Positions 1 through 12,534 of a stretch of DNA of 64,000 nucleotides are shown in pieces. Made by a program: the position numbers and the translations under genes. This DNA is from Mobula hypostoma (lineage: Eukaryota): positions 47,618,001 to 47,682,000 of the forward strand of contig NC_086108.1 of the NCBI RefSeq assembly GCF_963921235.1. Direction: 5' to 3'. The first letter of the stretch is position 1; each line of letters begins with the position of its first letter. The notes below the pieces were generated by a model. It searched no databases. It saw only the letters and a program-made list of their open reading frames with translations, and was not told where the DNA came from.

Positions 1-2963
1 TATGTGTTTGGATATAAAAATAATAAGCTATTAGCATCCCAATTAAAGGCAGCTAGAGCTAAAAGACAAATTTTAAAAATTCATAAGGGAGACAGTAGTT
101 TAGATTGTAATTATGAAGACATTAATAAAATTTTTCAAGACTTTTACATTGAACTTTATAAATCTCAGTTTCCAGCTGATCCTTCTCAAATGAATGCCTT
201 TTTACAAAAGATTGATCTTCCTAGAATATCTGTTGAAGATCAACAAACTCTTGATACTCCTATTACTGAAAAAGAAATTCAGAAAGCTATTCTTTCAATG
301 CAATCTGGTAAAGCTCCTGGATTGGATGGTTTTTTTGTAGGATTTTTATGAAAAATTTGAAAAATTGCTTTCTCCATACATGTTGGAAACACTTAAAGAT
401 TATTTTTTGTTAGGAGAGTTACCTCCCACATTTTATGAAGCTTCTATTTCATTATTAAATGTGGATGCTAAAATTCTTTCAAAAATAATGGCTAATTGAC
501 TGGAGAATATTCTAGCTAAAATTATCTCTCAGGATCAAACAGGTTTTGTAAAGGGCCGTTATTCCTTCTCTAATACTCGGAGACTGTTAAATGTTATATA
601 CCCATCCTTTTCTAAGACTCCCCAATGTGTTGTTTCTCTTGATGCTGAAAAGGTATTTGATAGAGTTGAATGGAAATACTTATTTAACGTCTTAGAGAAA
701 TTCAGCTTTGGTACTAATTGTAATAAGTGGATTAGAATGATATATAAAAGCCCTATTGCTACTGTTATTACTAATAATTGTAGATCTCCTTTTTTTCGAC
801 TTTCACGGGGTACGAGACAAGGATGTCTGTTAAGTCCCCTGCTGTTTAAGTTGGTGTTGGAACCCTTGGCCATTGCACTTCGTGAAGCTAAAGACATCCA
901 TGGAATTTCCATAAATGGGACTATTCTTAAGATCTCCCTTTATGCCGATGATCTCTTCATTTATGTTTCGAATCCTGAAGAATCCATTCCTAGTTTACTG
1001 AAATTATTAAATGAATTTGGAAAGTTTTCAGGATATAAACCAAACCTTCATAAAAGTGAATTACTTCCTCTAAATGATTTTGCTTTGATATATGATGACA
1101 CCCTTTTTAAAGTTACGGACTCTTAAATATTTAGGTATTATTATCACTAAAAATTACAGAGACCTTTATAGAGCTAATTTGGTTCCTTTAGTGGATTTTA
1201 TGAAGCAATTATTTCGTAGATGGAGTCCACTCACACTTTCGTTAGCTGGCCGAATTCATGCAGTTAAAATGATGATTCTACCAAAACTTTTATATGTATT
1301 TCAAAATATTCCTATTTTTTTAACTAAGAAGTTTTTTGAACAGGTTGATTCTATTATTTCATCTTTTGTTTGGAATAATAAAAGACCAAGAATTGGGAAA
1401 TATCATTTACAAAAATTAAAAAAGGATGGAGGTCTTGCTCTGCCTAATACTAATGGGCTGTTAATATACATTATATGTGTTCTTGGTTATACTGGGCTGA
1501 TAGAAATGAATGAGCATCTTGGGTTGATTTGGAATTGAAAGCTGTGAAGCAATTTTACTTAACTTTGTTATTAGGAGCTTTTTTATCTGTACAACTGGCC
1601 AAAATTTCTAATCTAAATTTATATCCTACGATTAAGCATTCATTACAAATTTTGTACCAGTTTCATAATTTTTTTTAATCTCAAAAAATTTAACCTTCTT
1701 AGTTTAATCTATCGAAATTATTTATTTAAACCTTCACTAAGTGATCCTACCTTTTCTCTTTGGAGGAATAAACGAGTCTATTCCTTCATGGATCTGTTCC
1801 AAGAACGCCGATTGATGTCTTTTGAGAAATCAGTAACTAAATATTCTCTCTCGTACTCACATTTCTGACAAGAATATTTAAGTAATTTTGAATATATACA
1901 GGATTCTGACCTGTTAGACATTATTTTAAAAATGAATCCTTTAGTGAAAGGTTTTCTTGGGAAAATTTATAATTATCTATTACAACAGTACAATTATCCT
2001 TCACTTAAGATTCAGCAAGATTGGGAAAGAGAACTTAACATGACCTTGATAACAGAGGATTGGTTGCGAATTTTGAAGTTGGTTAACTCTTCTTCAATTT
2101 GTGCCAGTCACTCTTTAATTCAATTTAAAATTGTACATTGTTACTATTTGACAAAGGAGAGACTGTCTAAAATATTTCCTAATGTTGATAGTGTGGTAGA
2201 TGTAAAACCGAGACAGCTACATTGACACATATGTTTTGGTCGTGTTCTGTATTGAAACAGTTTTGGAAATCTATTTTCTCTACAATCGCTAAAGCTTTAA
2301 AAATTAATTTACAATCTAATAAATTGACAGTTTTGTTCAGTATAATCCCTCAATATATTCATGGTATTTCTATATCAGACCAACATGTAATTGCATTTGT
2401 TACATTATTGGCCAGAAGGGCTATTTTATTGAAATGGAAAGATGCCTCTGCTCCCACTTTGATACAATGGTTCTCTCAGGTGATGTTATGTCTTAGTTTG
2501 GAGAAAATCAGAAGTCGAACTTTTGATCCTCAATTTGAGTTTGAGAAAAGGTGGGGTTCTTTTGCCCGCTACTATCATCTGATTTGAGTTAATTAAGATG
2601 TTTTCCTTCTGATTCTTGTTTAAATGGATTTGAGTTGGCGGATTGATGTTTTTTTTTTATGGAAGCTTGTACGGCGTATAGCTCCGGGGTTGTGCTCCCA
2701 ATGGTTTTCTTTCGGGTTTTTTTGTTAGCAGGGTTTTTTTTTGTTTTAGTTAGTAGGGGTTCTTTTTTCCTTCTTTCTTTTTTCCAAAAAAAAATAGTTT
2801 TAACACTTTATTTTTTCTTCTTATTATTGATATATTGTTTAGCTTTGTTAATCAGTTATTTGGTAATTTAATTCCTCATTGTACATATTGACATGTTGAC
2901 TTGATTACTTTAATGTACTTCTTTTTGTTGATCTTCAATAATAATTAATAAAAAAGATTTAAA
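1..2963 (+). mobile_element. L1-clade LINE, 3' part of ORF2 (RT and C-terminus), frameshifted; 5' end lies outside the window
   Basis: ORF fragments contain GKAPGLDGF, RGTRQGCLLSPLLF, SLYADD and HMFWSC. T-rich 3' UTR ends in AATAAAAAAGATTTAAAA at ~2948-2963. Several stops and frameshifts. Confidence 0.93.
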
Positions 2964-5421
2964 ATGTGAAGATGTTGAAGCTGGAAGGTGTCTTTTCCAA
3001 TGATGAGCTTGATGTGGGTTATTCCAAGAGCACTCGTCACACTATCCGGATGACCGAGGACACCCTGTTCAGAGTGAGGTCGCGGCGAGTGGCCCCTGCA
3101 GAGGTGGAAGATGTTCAGCAGCATTTGTGTAAGTTGAAGGGATCATCACTGAGTCCCGAAGCCCCTTCGTGTCCTCAATAGTAGTGGCCAGGAAGAAGAA
3201 TGGGAAGGTACGGATGTGTGTGGACTACAGGACTCTGAATAGGCGTACCTTCCCCGACCAGTATACGGTCCCAAGGATCAAAGAATGTGCTGGCCGAGTG
3301 GTGTGAAGTGGTTCAGTGTGCTGGACTTGAGGAGTGGATATTACCAGATCTCCATGAGTGAGACTGACAAAAGAGAAGACGGCATTCATATGTCAACTGG
3401 GATTCTTTCAGATCAAAAGGATGTCCCAGGGCATCTCGGGAGCCCCTGCAACCTTCCAGCAGGTCATGGAGAAAATGGTGGGGATATGAACTTGCTTGAG
3501 GTATTGGTATACCTGGATGACCTCATAGTGTTTGGGTCCACCTTGGAAGAACATGAAGCGAGGCTACTGAAGGCGCTGGGCCGCCTGAAAGCTGAAGGGT
3601 TAAAACTTTCCCTGGACAAGCGCCAGTTCTGCAAGTCATCTGTCAGCTATGCTGAGCACATAGTCTCAGGGGATGGAGCAGCTAAAGATCTGTCTATGAT
3701 AGAGGCAGTAACCACAAGGCCAAGGCCCCAGACTTTGAGTGCTTTGTGCTCGTTCCTCGGGTTCTGTGGTTACTATCAGACGTTCATGAAGGGTTATACG
3801 AAAGTGAGTCACCCATTGAATCAGCTTCTGTGTGGTTATCCTCCCTTGGGGAATAGAGAGGAGGACAGAAGGAGAGGAGGGTAAAGAGTATCTTAGCCCT
3901 TCGGAGCCTTTTGGACTGAGTGGGATGCAAAATGTGAAGAGGCCTTTCAGTTGCTGCAGGAGATGCTGACCCAGGTGGCTGTGCTGGCTTTTGCAGACCC
4001 CTGATTGCCGTATGTACTGCAGACAGATGCCAGCAGAGAAGGCTTAGGGGGATCAGAATCAGGGCACCAGGTTGAGACCTGTTGCATTTGGCAGCCAGAG
4101 TCTGTCGCCTTCTGAGAAAAACTACCCCACACACAAGTTGGAGTTTCTGGGGTTGAAATGGGCTGTGGTGGATAAGCCGAGTGACTACCTCTACAGGGCC
4201 AAGTTTGAGGTGAGGACGGACAACAACCCCCTAACTTATATCCTGACCTCGGCAAAATTGGATACCGCAGGCCATCGGTGGTTGGCAGCGTGGTCTGTCT
4301 ATGATTTCAGCCTGAAGTACTGGCCGGGAAGTAGGAACATTGTTGCTGATGCTTTGTCCCGTCGTTCGTATGAAGGGCTGGACAGGGACGGAGAGTGGGA
4401 GAGCATTCCTGCCCCGGGGGTGAAAGCCATGTGTCAGTTTGCCATCATGGAGAAGGCGGATGGAAGGCAAGGGCAGGATCGAGCGGTAGATCAATTGGGA
4501 GCTTCTGATGACACCATTCCACAAGTTTACTGTAACCTGACAGCTCTGAAGACAAACCAGTTACTGGAATTGAGTCCTGGGAAAGTGGCAGCTCCTCAGC
4601 GAGATGACCCAGGCATCGGTACCGTTTGATCAGCGGTTGAAAAGGGAGACATGACTCAAGTGGAGAAGACGAAATATGCTGCGGTGCCTCCATTACTGAA
4701 AGAATGGCCCAGGTTGGAGTTGAGGAACCGGATCCTATACCGGGTCACGTCACCCTCAGACCGACTTTGGCGTTCCCAGCTGGTTCTGCCTGAGAAGTAT
4801 TGGAGGACTGCGTTGAAATCACTTCATGATGATTCTGGATGTTTGGGGGTGGAAAAGACCTATGGATTGCTCAGAGACTGGTTTTACTGGCCCCAAATGA
4901 AGCCAGAGGTCGAAGAATACTGCAAGTCGTGCATTTGATGCATATAGAGCAAGACGCTTCCTACACGGACAGCTCCCTTGTCCCACTTGCAGAGTGCAGG
5001 GCCCCTGGACCTGGTGTGTATGGATTTCCTGTCAACAGAACCAGATGCCAGCAACATGGTGAATGTCTTAGTCATCACGGATCACACCACCAGATATGTG
5101 CAGGCTTTCCCCACCAAGGACCAGAGGGCGTCTACAGTGACCAAAGTGTTATGGGAGAAGTATTTCACTTATTATGGGCTCCCCAGGCGGATACTCAGTG
5201 ATCCGGGGTGGGATTTCGAGAGTAGGCTCATACATGAATTACTGAGCATGCTCGGAGTCCAGAAGTCGAGGACTACTCCCTATCATCCACAGGGTGATCC
5301 CCAGTCCGAGAGGCTTAATCAGACCTTGCCAGACACGCTAGAAACCTTGGAGATCAGCAAGAAGAGCAGGTGGAGTCAACATATTGGACATCTGGTCCAC
5401 TGTTACAACTGTACCCCAAAT
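2964..5421 (+). mobile_element. Ty3/Gypsy LTR retrotransposon pol (RT, RNase H, integrase), degenerate
   Basis: Motifs LDLRSGYYQI, VYLDDLIVF, FLGFCGYY; RNase H NYPTHKLEFL and RTDNNPL; integrase LHDDSG..GVEKT, VCMDF, SDPG.DFES, TTPYHPQGD. Domain order RT-RH-IN is Gypsy-like. Confidence 0.93.
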
Positions 5422-5804
5422 TAAGCTTTTTTGTCAGTGAGAGCTGAAGAGAGAAGATGCGAGAGGAGAAAGCTGGTAGACCGCAGGACAGAGTGGACTT
5501 AAAGTGAAGGTCTGGGAGTCGATGACACTCGGAGGAAATCGATAGGGAATAAATGGATGGAAAACCATGAGCTCCAAAGTGCAAGTTAGACTGTTTCATT
5601 AAAAATGGTCCCTTTTTCTTTTTGTTTTCTTTATTAACCCTATAATCAAATTAAGAATTATAAATCTCAATTGCACATGGCGTACTGTCTGATATTTTGT
5701 GGTATTGATTTGTAACAGGGGAAAACATCACACAGCATCCATACAAACGAAATTGCACAAGTCTTCCTCTGGACTAACGTTCCCAGCCGAACCTGACGGT
5801 TACA
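5422..5804 (+). mobile_element. Possible partial 3' LTR of the Gypsy element
   Basis: Non-coding segment directly after the truncated integrase, ending in GGTTACA (LTR-like CA end). No second LTR copy in the window to confirm. Confidence 0.35.
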
Positions 5805-6005
5805 ATTATATCGGGAGATCCGAACATCGTGCATCACATTTTCCAGAAATATCAATCAATGAAGAAAAATGGGAAAGTAAAGGGTGAAATAATATTGATG
5901 ATTCATTTTTATCTAGGATTTCTATTTTTAAGGTAATAATGAGTAGTCAAGAATATTAGTGGGCATCAGGAGACATTATATCATCCAATTTCATATTCCT
6001 GTTAC

Positions 6006-6070
6006 CTGTTCTCCATTGAGGTTGGTTTTCATTTTTCGACAGGCTAAATGACAGATACACATTCTATAAC
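6006..6070 (-). CDS. TRMT1L: TRMT1L coding exon 5 (65 nt): (G)[21 protein letters not shown]
   Basis: Acceptor ttccaacAG, donor GTAAC, phase 1 to 0. Resembles the vertebrate TRMT1L segment [13 protein letters not shown]. Confidence 0.93.
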
Positions 6071-7086
6071 CTGTTGGAAAGTGAATTTAGCAAGATTAGT
6101 AAGAAGAAAATGTGCAATGAACAGGTGGCAAAATATTGGCCATATTCAAACTAAGTTAACGACTTTCTTGACTTAATGAAACACATTTCTTTAATTTTTT
6201 AACAGAGCAAATTGATTTTGAAAAGCGGTGGTTGATGGTAATGGGAGGGGTTGTGGAAGTGGGGGGAGACTGCTTTATAACTACACTTTCAACAGTGGCT
6301 TTAAATCTTACGATGAACAATTGAAAAGGTCCTAGCATTTAAATGCTAGGATTTGACAATGTGAAGAATGGATCCACAAACTGACTTGAGCAATGTTGTC
6401 AAGTTTTCAGAAAAGTTTATTAGTCTCAAAGCAATACGCAATCTACACAAATCCTGTCTACACAATGCAAAGTTAGAAGTTTAATGATTACTAAAGATCC
6501 CACGCATTAATTTATTCTCATTGAAACATTCTAAAATGTCTGTGATGCGAGAGGGATCAACCTACTTATTATGAGAAGCAAGTTACAAAGTATGCAGGTA
6601 GAAAAACTGAATAGTTGACCACTGCCTGATATAAAATAGTCAGCAGAAAGTACTGGGTGTCTTGGATGGATTCCTTCTGATTAACAAAAGAATGATTTAC
6701 TACAGCATTGAGACTCAAGTTGGTTAAAATCATGTAGGGTCTGACTATACAAAATATGTTTTCATAATGTCCATTTTTACTTTTCATGCCTGCTCATAAA
6801 ACAGCTTAACTTTGATGAGCTTAAAGATTAAAAAAAATATACCAAATATTAAATCATTATCCTAAAAAATATATTTATATTGTGCTTTCTCTGTCTGTTT
6901 AGAGATGCAGACAATATTGTAATGTAGAAATTGTGTTGATGAATTAGTTAGCAAAAAGGATCCAAAGGGAGTGGATAGCATTTGAGAAACAGGAAAACCT
7001 GCATAGAAGCATAAAACCATTCCAATGCTTCAGCAAATCAAACAAATGATTCAGCTTTGAAACGGTCATTACGTCCAGAAAATCAG

Positions 7087-8210
7087 CAGAATCAGATTTA
7101 ATATTGCCAATATATGTTGTGAATTTTGTTGTTATGCAGCAACAGAATATAGCAATATATAATAAAATCAGTAAATTACAGTAAATATATATCAAAAATT
7201 TAAATTAAATAGTGCAAAAAGAGAAAGAAAGTAGTGAGGTAGTGCTCATGGATTCAATGTCCATTCAGAAACCTGATGGCAGAGGGGAAGAAGCTGTTCC
7301 TGAAATGTTGAGGAGTCTTCAGGCTCCTGTACCACCTCCTTGATGGTAGCAATGAGAAGAGGGCATGTCTTGGGTGATGGAGGTCCTCAATAATGGATGT
7401 TGCCTTATTGAGGTATTGTTTTTTGAAGATGTCCTGGATACTGGGAAGGCTAATGCTCATTATGGAGCTGGCTGAGCACAACTTTCTGCAGCTTATTTTG
7501 ATCCTGTAAAATTGCACCCCACCCCCTCCATGCCAAATAGTGATGCAGCCAGTTAGAATGCTCTCTGTAGAAATTTGTCAGTGTCTTTGGTGACATACCC
7601 CTCAAACTCCTAATGAAATACAGCCACTGTAGTCCCTCCTTTGTAAATGCATTGAAATGCTTGACCCAGGATAGATCCTCAGAGATGTTGACACGCAAGA
7701 ATTCAAAATTGCTCACACTTTTCACTACTGATCCCTCGATGAGGACTGGTTTGTGTGCCCTCATCTTACCCTTTCTGAAGTCTACAATCAACTCTCTGGT
7801 CTTACTGACGCTGAGTGCTAGGTTGTTGCTGTGACACTACTCAAAAGACTGATCTATCTTGCTCCTGTATGCCTTCTTGACACCATCTGAATTTCTGCAA
7901 CAAGTTGTATTGTCAGCAAATTCATAGATAGCATTTGAGCTGTGCCTAGCCATGTCTTCGTGGGTGTAGATAGAGTAGAGCAGTGGGCTATGCACATATC
8001 TTTGATGTGCACCAATGTTAATTATCAGCAAGGTACAGATGTTATTTCTGATCTGCACAGACTGTGGTCTTCTGGTGAGGAAGTCGAGGATCCAGTTTCA
8101 GAGGGAGGTACAGAGGCCCAGGTTTTGGAACTTTTTGATCAGAGCTGTAGGAATGATTGTGTTATACGCTGAGCCGCAGTCAATGAACAGCAGCCTGATA
8201 CAAGTATTAG
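7087..8210 (-). mobile_element. Rex1/Babar-type LINE, 5'-truncated, decayed
   Basis: RT C-terminal motifs FADNTT, MIVDFRK, NISEDLSW, HALFSLLPS.R, FRNSFFPSAIR. 3' tail ends ATCTGATTCTG. Confidence 0.8.
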
Positions 8211-9138
8211 TATTACTAATGCAAGAAATACAAAAGCAAAAAAAGTGCAGCTACTGAATGTGCGAGAGAAAAAAAATAAAACAATAGGCCATGTTATCTA
8301 CCAATGCTATCTAACCTGTCGAATAATTTCCACAATTTTCTGCTTTTATTTCAATTGCTTTTAAATCTACGATGAAGTTTTCTGTAATTATGGTAAATGC
8401 TATTATTTTGTCGCTGGAAGTTAGGTTCTCATGGTGAAAAACATCATGCACGACTTTTATCATGCAGATGAGCTCAAAGAAATTGAAGCTAATCCTGAAC
8501 AGCAGCACATTAGAAACAACTTCAGTAAACAGAACCTGCATTTATGCAAACTGAACATTGAACACTAAGTTTAAACCGAGCTCCATTAAATTTTCCGTCA
8601 ACCTGAACCATAAGTGAATTTTGAAATTGCTTATATTAAGTTTTTTAAAGATGTTAACTTAAAAATTACTCATTTCAAGTTGTTCAGCCTTTTCAAATTA
8701 TATGCATTGGTCATTAAGTCACTTGTTTAACTTTATCAAATAAAGCTAGATTATGAAAATAAGATCAATCAGCTGTGATTCAATTAAAATAATCCGAGCT
8801 ATCAAGATTTAAATTATATGAAACACAGATAAATGGAGTAAATAACAGATTCAGAAATTAAGCATATTTTAATAGTTTAAAAAATATCCATGTATCCCTT
8901 AATGAGAAATTCCCTAAAATATGTACGTCAAGTTATAATAAGCAGAAAGAACAATGTTGGGTATAACATTATTATTACTGAAAATTCCATTGACATTTTT
9001 TAAAATAAAATGATTAAGACGACAGGTGTTGGTGTAATTAAATAATTAAAATAGTTTAAGTAATTAATTGCTTGCCCATTCAGACTAATGGATGATACAT
9101 TTGCCTTGACTCAGGGATATAGGGGTAGAAAGAGTTAC

Positions 9139-9252
9139 CTTCAAATTCTATTGAAACTTTCCAGTGCAGATGTTGCAAATGCCTTCGTAGCTTGTGACTA
9201 TAGTTGGGTTTAAACTTTTCTTCTGGACACAAAGGACAGGTCTTCTTGCCAG
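9139..9252 (-). CDS. TRMT1L: TRMT1L coding exon 4 (114 nt), C2H2 zinc finger: (A)[37 protein letters not shown](G)
   Basis: Acceptor tttatcAG, donor GTAAC, phase 1-1. Closely resembles TRMT1[31 protein letters not shown]. Confidence 0.95.
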
Positions 9253-9299
9253 CTGATAAAACATAAAACATGCTGTCAACTCTTACTATTCAACAATAT

Positions 9300-9640
9300 C
9301 TGACAGTTTGATGGGTTGAGGAGTTTGATGCTGTGGTGTTTAATCAAGCTTGGCATCACCAGTCAAGGTGACATCCTCAGTGCACAGTTGTTGGTGCTTC
9401 TCTCTGAGTGTTTGCGTTTATACTGGCCCCCATTTGCTTGCCTTGGTCCTGATATCGAGATAGACACCATTTATGAACCCCTAAGGGCCAAAGAAACACA
9501 AGCCAATAGAACTGAAAGGGTAGCCACTCAGGAGATAAACATCAACTGAGGATGTCACTTCAAATGGTGATAAAACGTCTCCAAGTTCATTGGTAAGCTC
9601 CGCAACATCAAAACACTCAACCCAACCTACCAATATTCAC
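9300..9640. mobile_element. Old Penelope-like element remnant (second family) with inverted termini and decayed hammerhead motifs
   Basis: GGGTTGAGGAGTTTGATGCTGTGG (~9313) is an imperfect inverse of CCGCAACATCAAAACACTCAACCC (~9600). CTGAGGATGTCAC..GTGAT occurs on both strands. Internal DIEIDTIYEPL resembles a PLE ORF end. Confidence 0.6.
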
Positions 9641-10669
9641 TACCATCCTAAGTATACAACAGTAAAAGTGGGAAATAAAGACTGTATGAATGAAATCTGA
9701 TTTTAGTGTCAAATTTCCAATTGTTTTCAATCAGTACAAATCACAACAGCAGTTCCTGAAAAATAATAAACATCTGGACTCTTACAATAAAGCATGCATT
9801 AATCACAACCTTTTTACTACTGCTGATTTGAGTGTTCAAACACAAATATTCTTGCCTTGCAATACTGGATACAGGAAAGTTTTCATTGCAACCCTTAAAG
9901 ATGTACACGTTATGAATTTTGTGATAGCATTTCTACTGGTTAATTCCAATTTTTTCCCACATATGCAAATACAGAGTTCACTTTCTTTCAACTTTGTTGA
10001 CAATGGCATCTAATGCCTTTGACAGGTGGTAGTAAGCAGCCCACTTAAACAGAAAAAAATCCCTGTGACAATCGTGCTCACAGTATGCTTTTGAGCAAAA
10101 TGTTCTGGAAATTTAGTCCAATAATAATAATAATAATGGAATGTGTATTTCTACAGTAAGTCAGGATGATGTGTGACTTAGGAGGAGCAATTTCCTTGTG
10201 TGGCATTCCCATGCACCTTGGCTGTTGTGTGCATGGTCTAAAAGATGCAATCAGAATTCACCAAAGCTCACAAACTTTACAGCCTTTTTCTCCTAAAAAT
10301 TTGTGTAAACTGATAGGTAAGAACACAAATCCCTTTCTAAATACCACTTTGAACAAATCTCTATTTTTGTTTTATCATGAGTAGATCAAAATCTTAGGAA
10401 TTTCCCTGTTGTGGGTGTATCCTCACCAGACAGATTTCAATCATTTCAAAGGGAACCATTACTGCTAACATTCAGGAATCCAATTTAAACAAATCTTCAT
10501 GCTTAGGCAGACAACAAAGAATAGATACTGTCCTTCACTTGCCCCTTCTTAGTTTAGATACTAATCTACAATGGAGATACAGATAAAGGCAGCAGTACCA
10601 ACTAGTGTACAAACATAAATAACTTTTAAGAAAGTAAGCAACTTTAAGAACTTTTGATAACCCATTGGA

Positions 10670-10970
10670 GGGCACACGGGTGGCACAGTAGCATAGAGCT
10701 TATCGTAACACTGTACAGTGCCAGTGACCGGGGTTCAAATTCCGCTGCTGGATGCAAGAAATCTGTACATTTGCCCCATCTCAGGTGTCCTCCCAAATCC
10801 CAGAAGGTGTATGTGCTAGTAGGGGTTAGTAACCCTTATGTCAGCCCTGGAAACATTGTGATACTCGCGGGTGGCCCCCATCACATCCTCAGGCTGTGTT
10901 GCTCGCTGACACAAATGATGCACTTCAATGTATGTGACAAATAAAGCTGATCTTTAAAAATCTGATCTTT
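10670..10970 (+). mobile_element. tRNA-derived SINE
   Basis: A-box-like TGGCACAGTAG, B-box GGTTCAAATTCC, tail AATAAAGCTGATCTT. Confidence 0.7.
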
Positions 10971-11193
10971 AAGGTTTCTAAAGTACAATGCTAAAAGTAA
11001 CACATTATCATAATGGTAAAGGATGTGCTAGATTAAAACTTGTTTAGACTTTTGTTAAGTACACTAATTAAGAAAATAAATTGAACAGCAGCCTCACAAA
11101 TTAAACTTACCAATGTGAATTTCAACTGCATTGCAATGAATAAAGAAAATGAATATCTTCTGTAGTTTTTGAAACACTTAACCTCACACTCAC

Positions 11194-11256
11194 CGCCTTC
11201 AATATCTATAAGATTCTTCAAGTCTGCCAGAGACTGTTGGATAGAGATGTGTCTTT
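11194..11256 (-). CDS. TRMT1L: TRMT1L coding exon 3 (63 nt): (E/K)RHISIQQSLADLKNLIDIEG
   Basis: Polypyrimidine tract with ccAG acceptor, donor GTGAGT, phase 1-1. Resembles TRMT1L KRHISIQRQLADLENL. Confidence 0.93.
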
Positions 11257-11439
11257 CTGGGGAGGAAAAAAAATAAGGTATTTCAGTATTCTGAAAATAC
11301 TATTGAAGTAAAACAGTTTCCCCCAGATAATGTTATATTAATATGTTACTTGGTAAATTAGTCAATACATATCATGCAGTGTTTAACTAATATGCAGTAG
11401 GGCCTAGGTCTGAGAGCAAGGAATGAGCCAATGTTTGGC

Positions 11440-11822
11440 TGATTTAAGGGCCAGGCCAGATCGAAAAGATCAGTGCCTCAGGGCCAGAGGAGAGGGATCA
11501 CCAGGGTTTAGCTCACTGCCACAGTGAGATTTACTCGTCTCTGTGTTGAACTGAAGCTGTGGCCTGCAAGTAATGGGCTCCTGGGCCACCTGCAGTGATG
11601 ACTGGCTTTGTGGCTGTGGACTCACTTTCATGAATTTTAGTTCCAAATGTTACTTGTTTGCATGTATTGTTCTTTTTTTTTGCACTCTGCGTGTTTGATT
11701 GTCTTCTTCTTTTTAAAAAATGGATTCTATTGAGTTTCTTTGTTTTGCAGCTGCCTAAAAGGAGTTGAATCCCAAGGCTGTGCATAGTGCACGCACTTTG
11801 ATGATAAATGTACTTTGAAATT
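11440..11822 (+). mobile_element. Decayed non-LTR 3' tail fragment
   Basis: T-rich segment ending CTTTGATGATAAATGTACTTTGAA, similar to the tails near 22560 and 62320. Confidence 0.45.
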
Positions 11823-12021
11823 TGGTGTAAGCCCATTTTATTACCGAGAAACAAATCTTACTCTTTTATTGTCAATCCTGAACAGTGAAGGAGACAGAGA
11901 AAGAAAAGGCAAAAGGAATGAGAAAGGAGCTGTCATGAGGAGGGGTAGAGAGTATGTGGAAAGAAGGTGGTGTAGGTTATCACCAGGGAAGGTACGGATT
12001 AGGCCAGGATGGTATCTTTTT

Positions 12022-12297
12022 CATTTATTTATTGAGACACAGCATGGAATAGGCCCTTTCGGGCCTTCGAGCCACGCCGACCAGCAACACTCGATTTAAC
12101 CCTAGCCTAGTCATGGGACCATTTACAATGACTAATTAAAGTACTAACCGGTACATCTTTGGACTGTGGAAGTTAACCAGAGCACTCGGAGAAAACCAAC
12201 ACGTTCCACAGGATGTACAGATGATGTCAGAATTGAACGCGGAACTCGAACAGCCCAAACTGTAATAGGGCTGTGATAACTCCTATGCTGCCATGGC
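12022..12297 (-). mobile_element. tRNA-derived SINE (family also at ~15735-15920 and ~16165-16910)
   Basis: Copies share CAATGAC(T/C)AATTAA..TCTTTGGAC, a B-box-like GTTCAATTC on the - strand and an (AAAT)n-like tail. Confidence 0.65.
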
Positions 12298-12369
12298 TCC
12301 TCCACTTTAACAGAACTAACTGAGCCATTTTTAAAAAGAGATGTTTCGTTTTCTTCCCTCTAGCCATAC

Positions 12370-12534
12370 CTGCCACTCCAGTTGTTGTGGTTGGATCCAT
12401 TGGTTCAGACAAGCTTTCATGCTCATCAGTGGTGGTTGCTGTACTGAAGTTTGGTTCAGCTGATTCTATCTCAGAGTGCAAGTTAGCTGCAACACTTCCA
12501 GCATCCTGAACTGTGTCATTCCCAAAACTGAACG
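12370..12534 (-). CDS. TRMT1L: Putative TRMT1L coding exon 2 (165 nt, S/T/E-rich): (T)FSFGNDTVQDAGSVAANLHSEIESAEPNFSTATTTDEHESLSEPMDPTTTTGVA
   Basis: Acceptor atttcAG, donor GTATGG, open frame, phase 1-1 compatible with flanking exons. No recognisable homology. Confidence 0.7.

Noticed and set aside
8311..8541. 76-aa - strand ORF with splice-like ends inside TRMT1L
   Set aside because: In the required phase 1 it reaches TGA within 4 codons, and the flanking exons already join correctly.
10670..10750. tRNA gene
   Set aside because: Only A/B-box remnants without a full cloverleaf, followed by a SINE body and tail.
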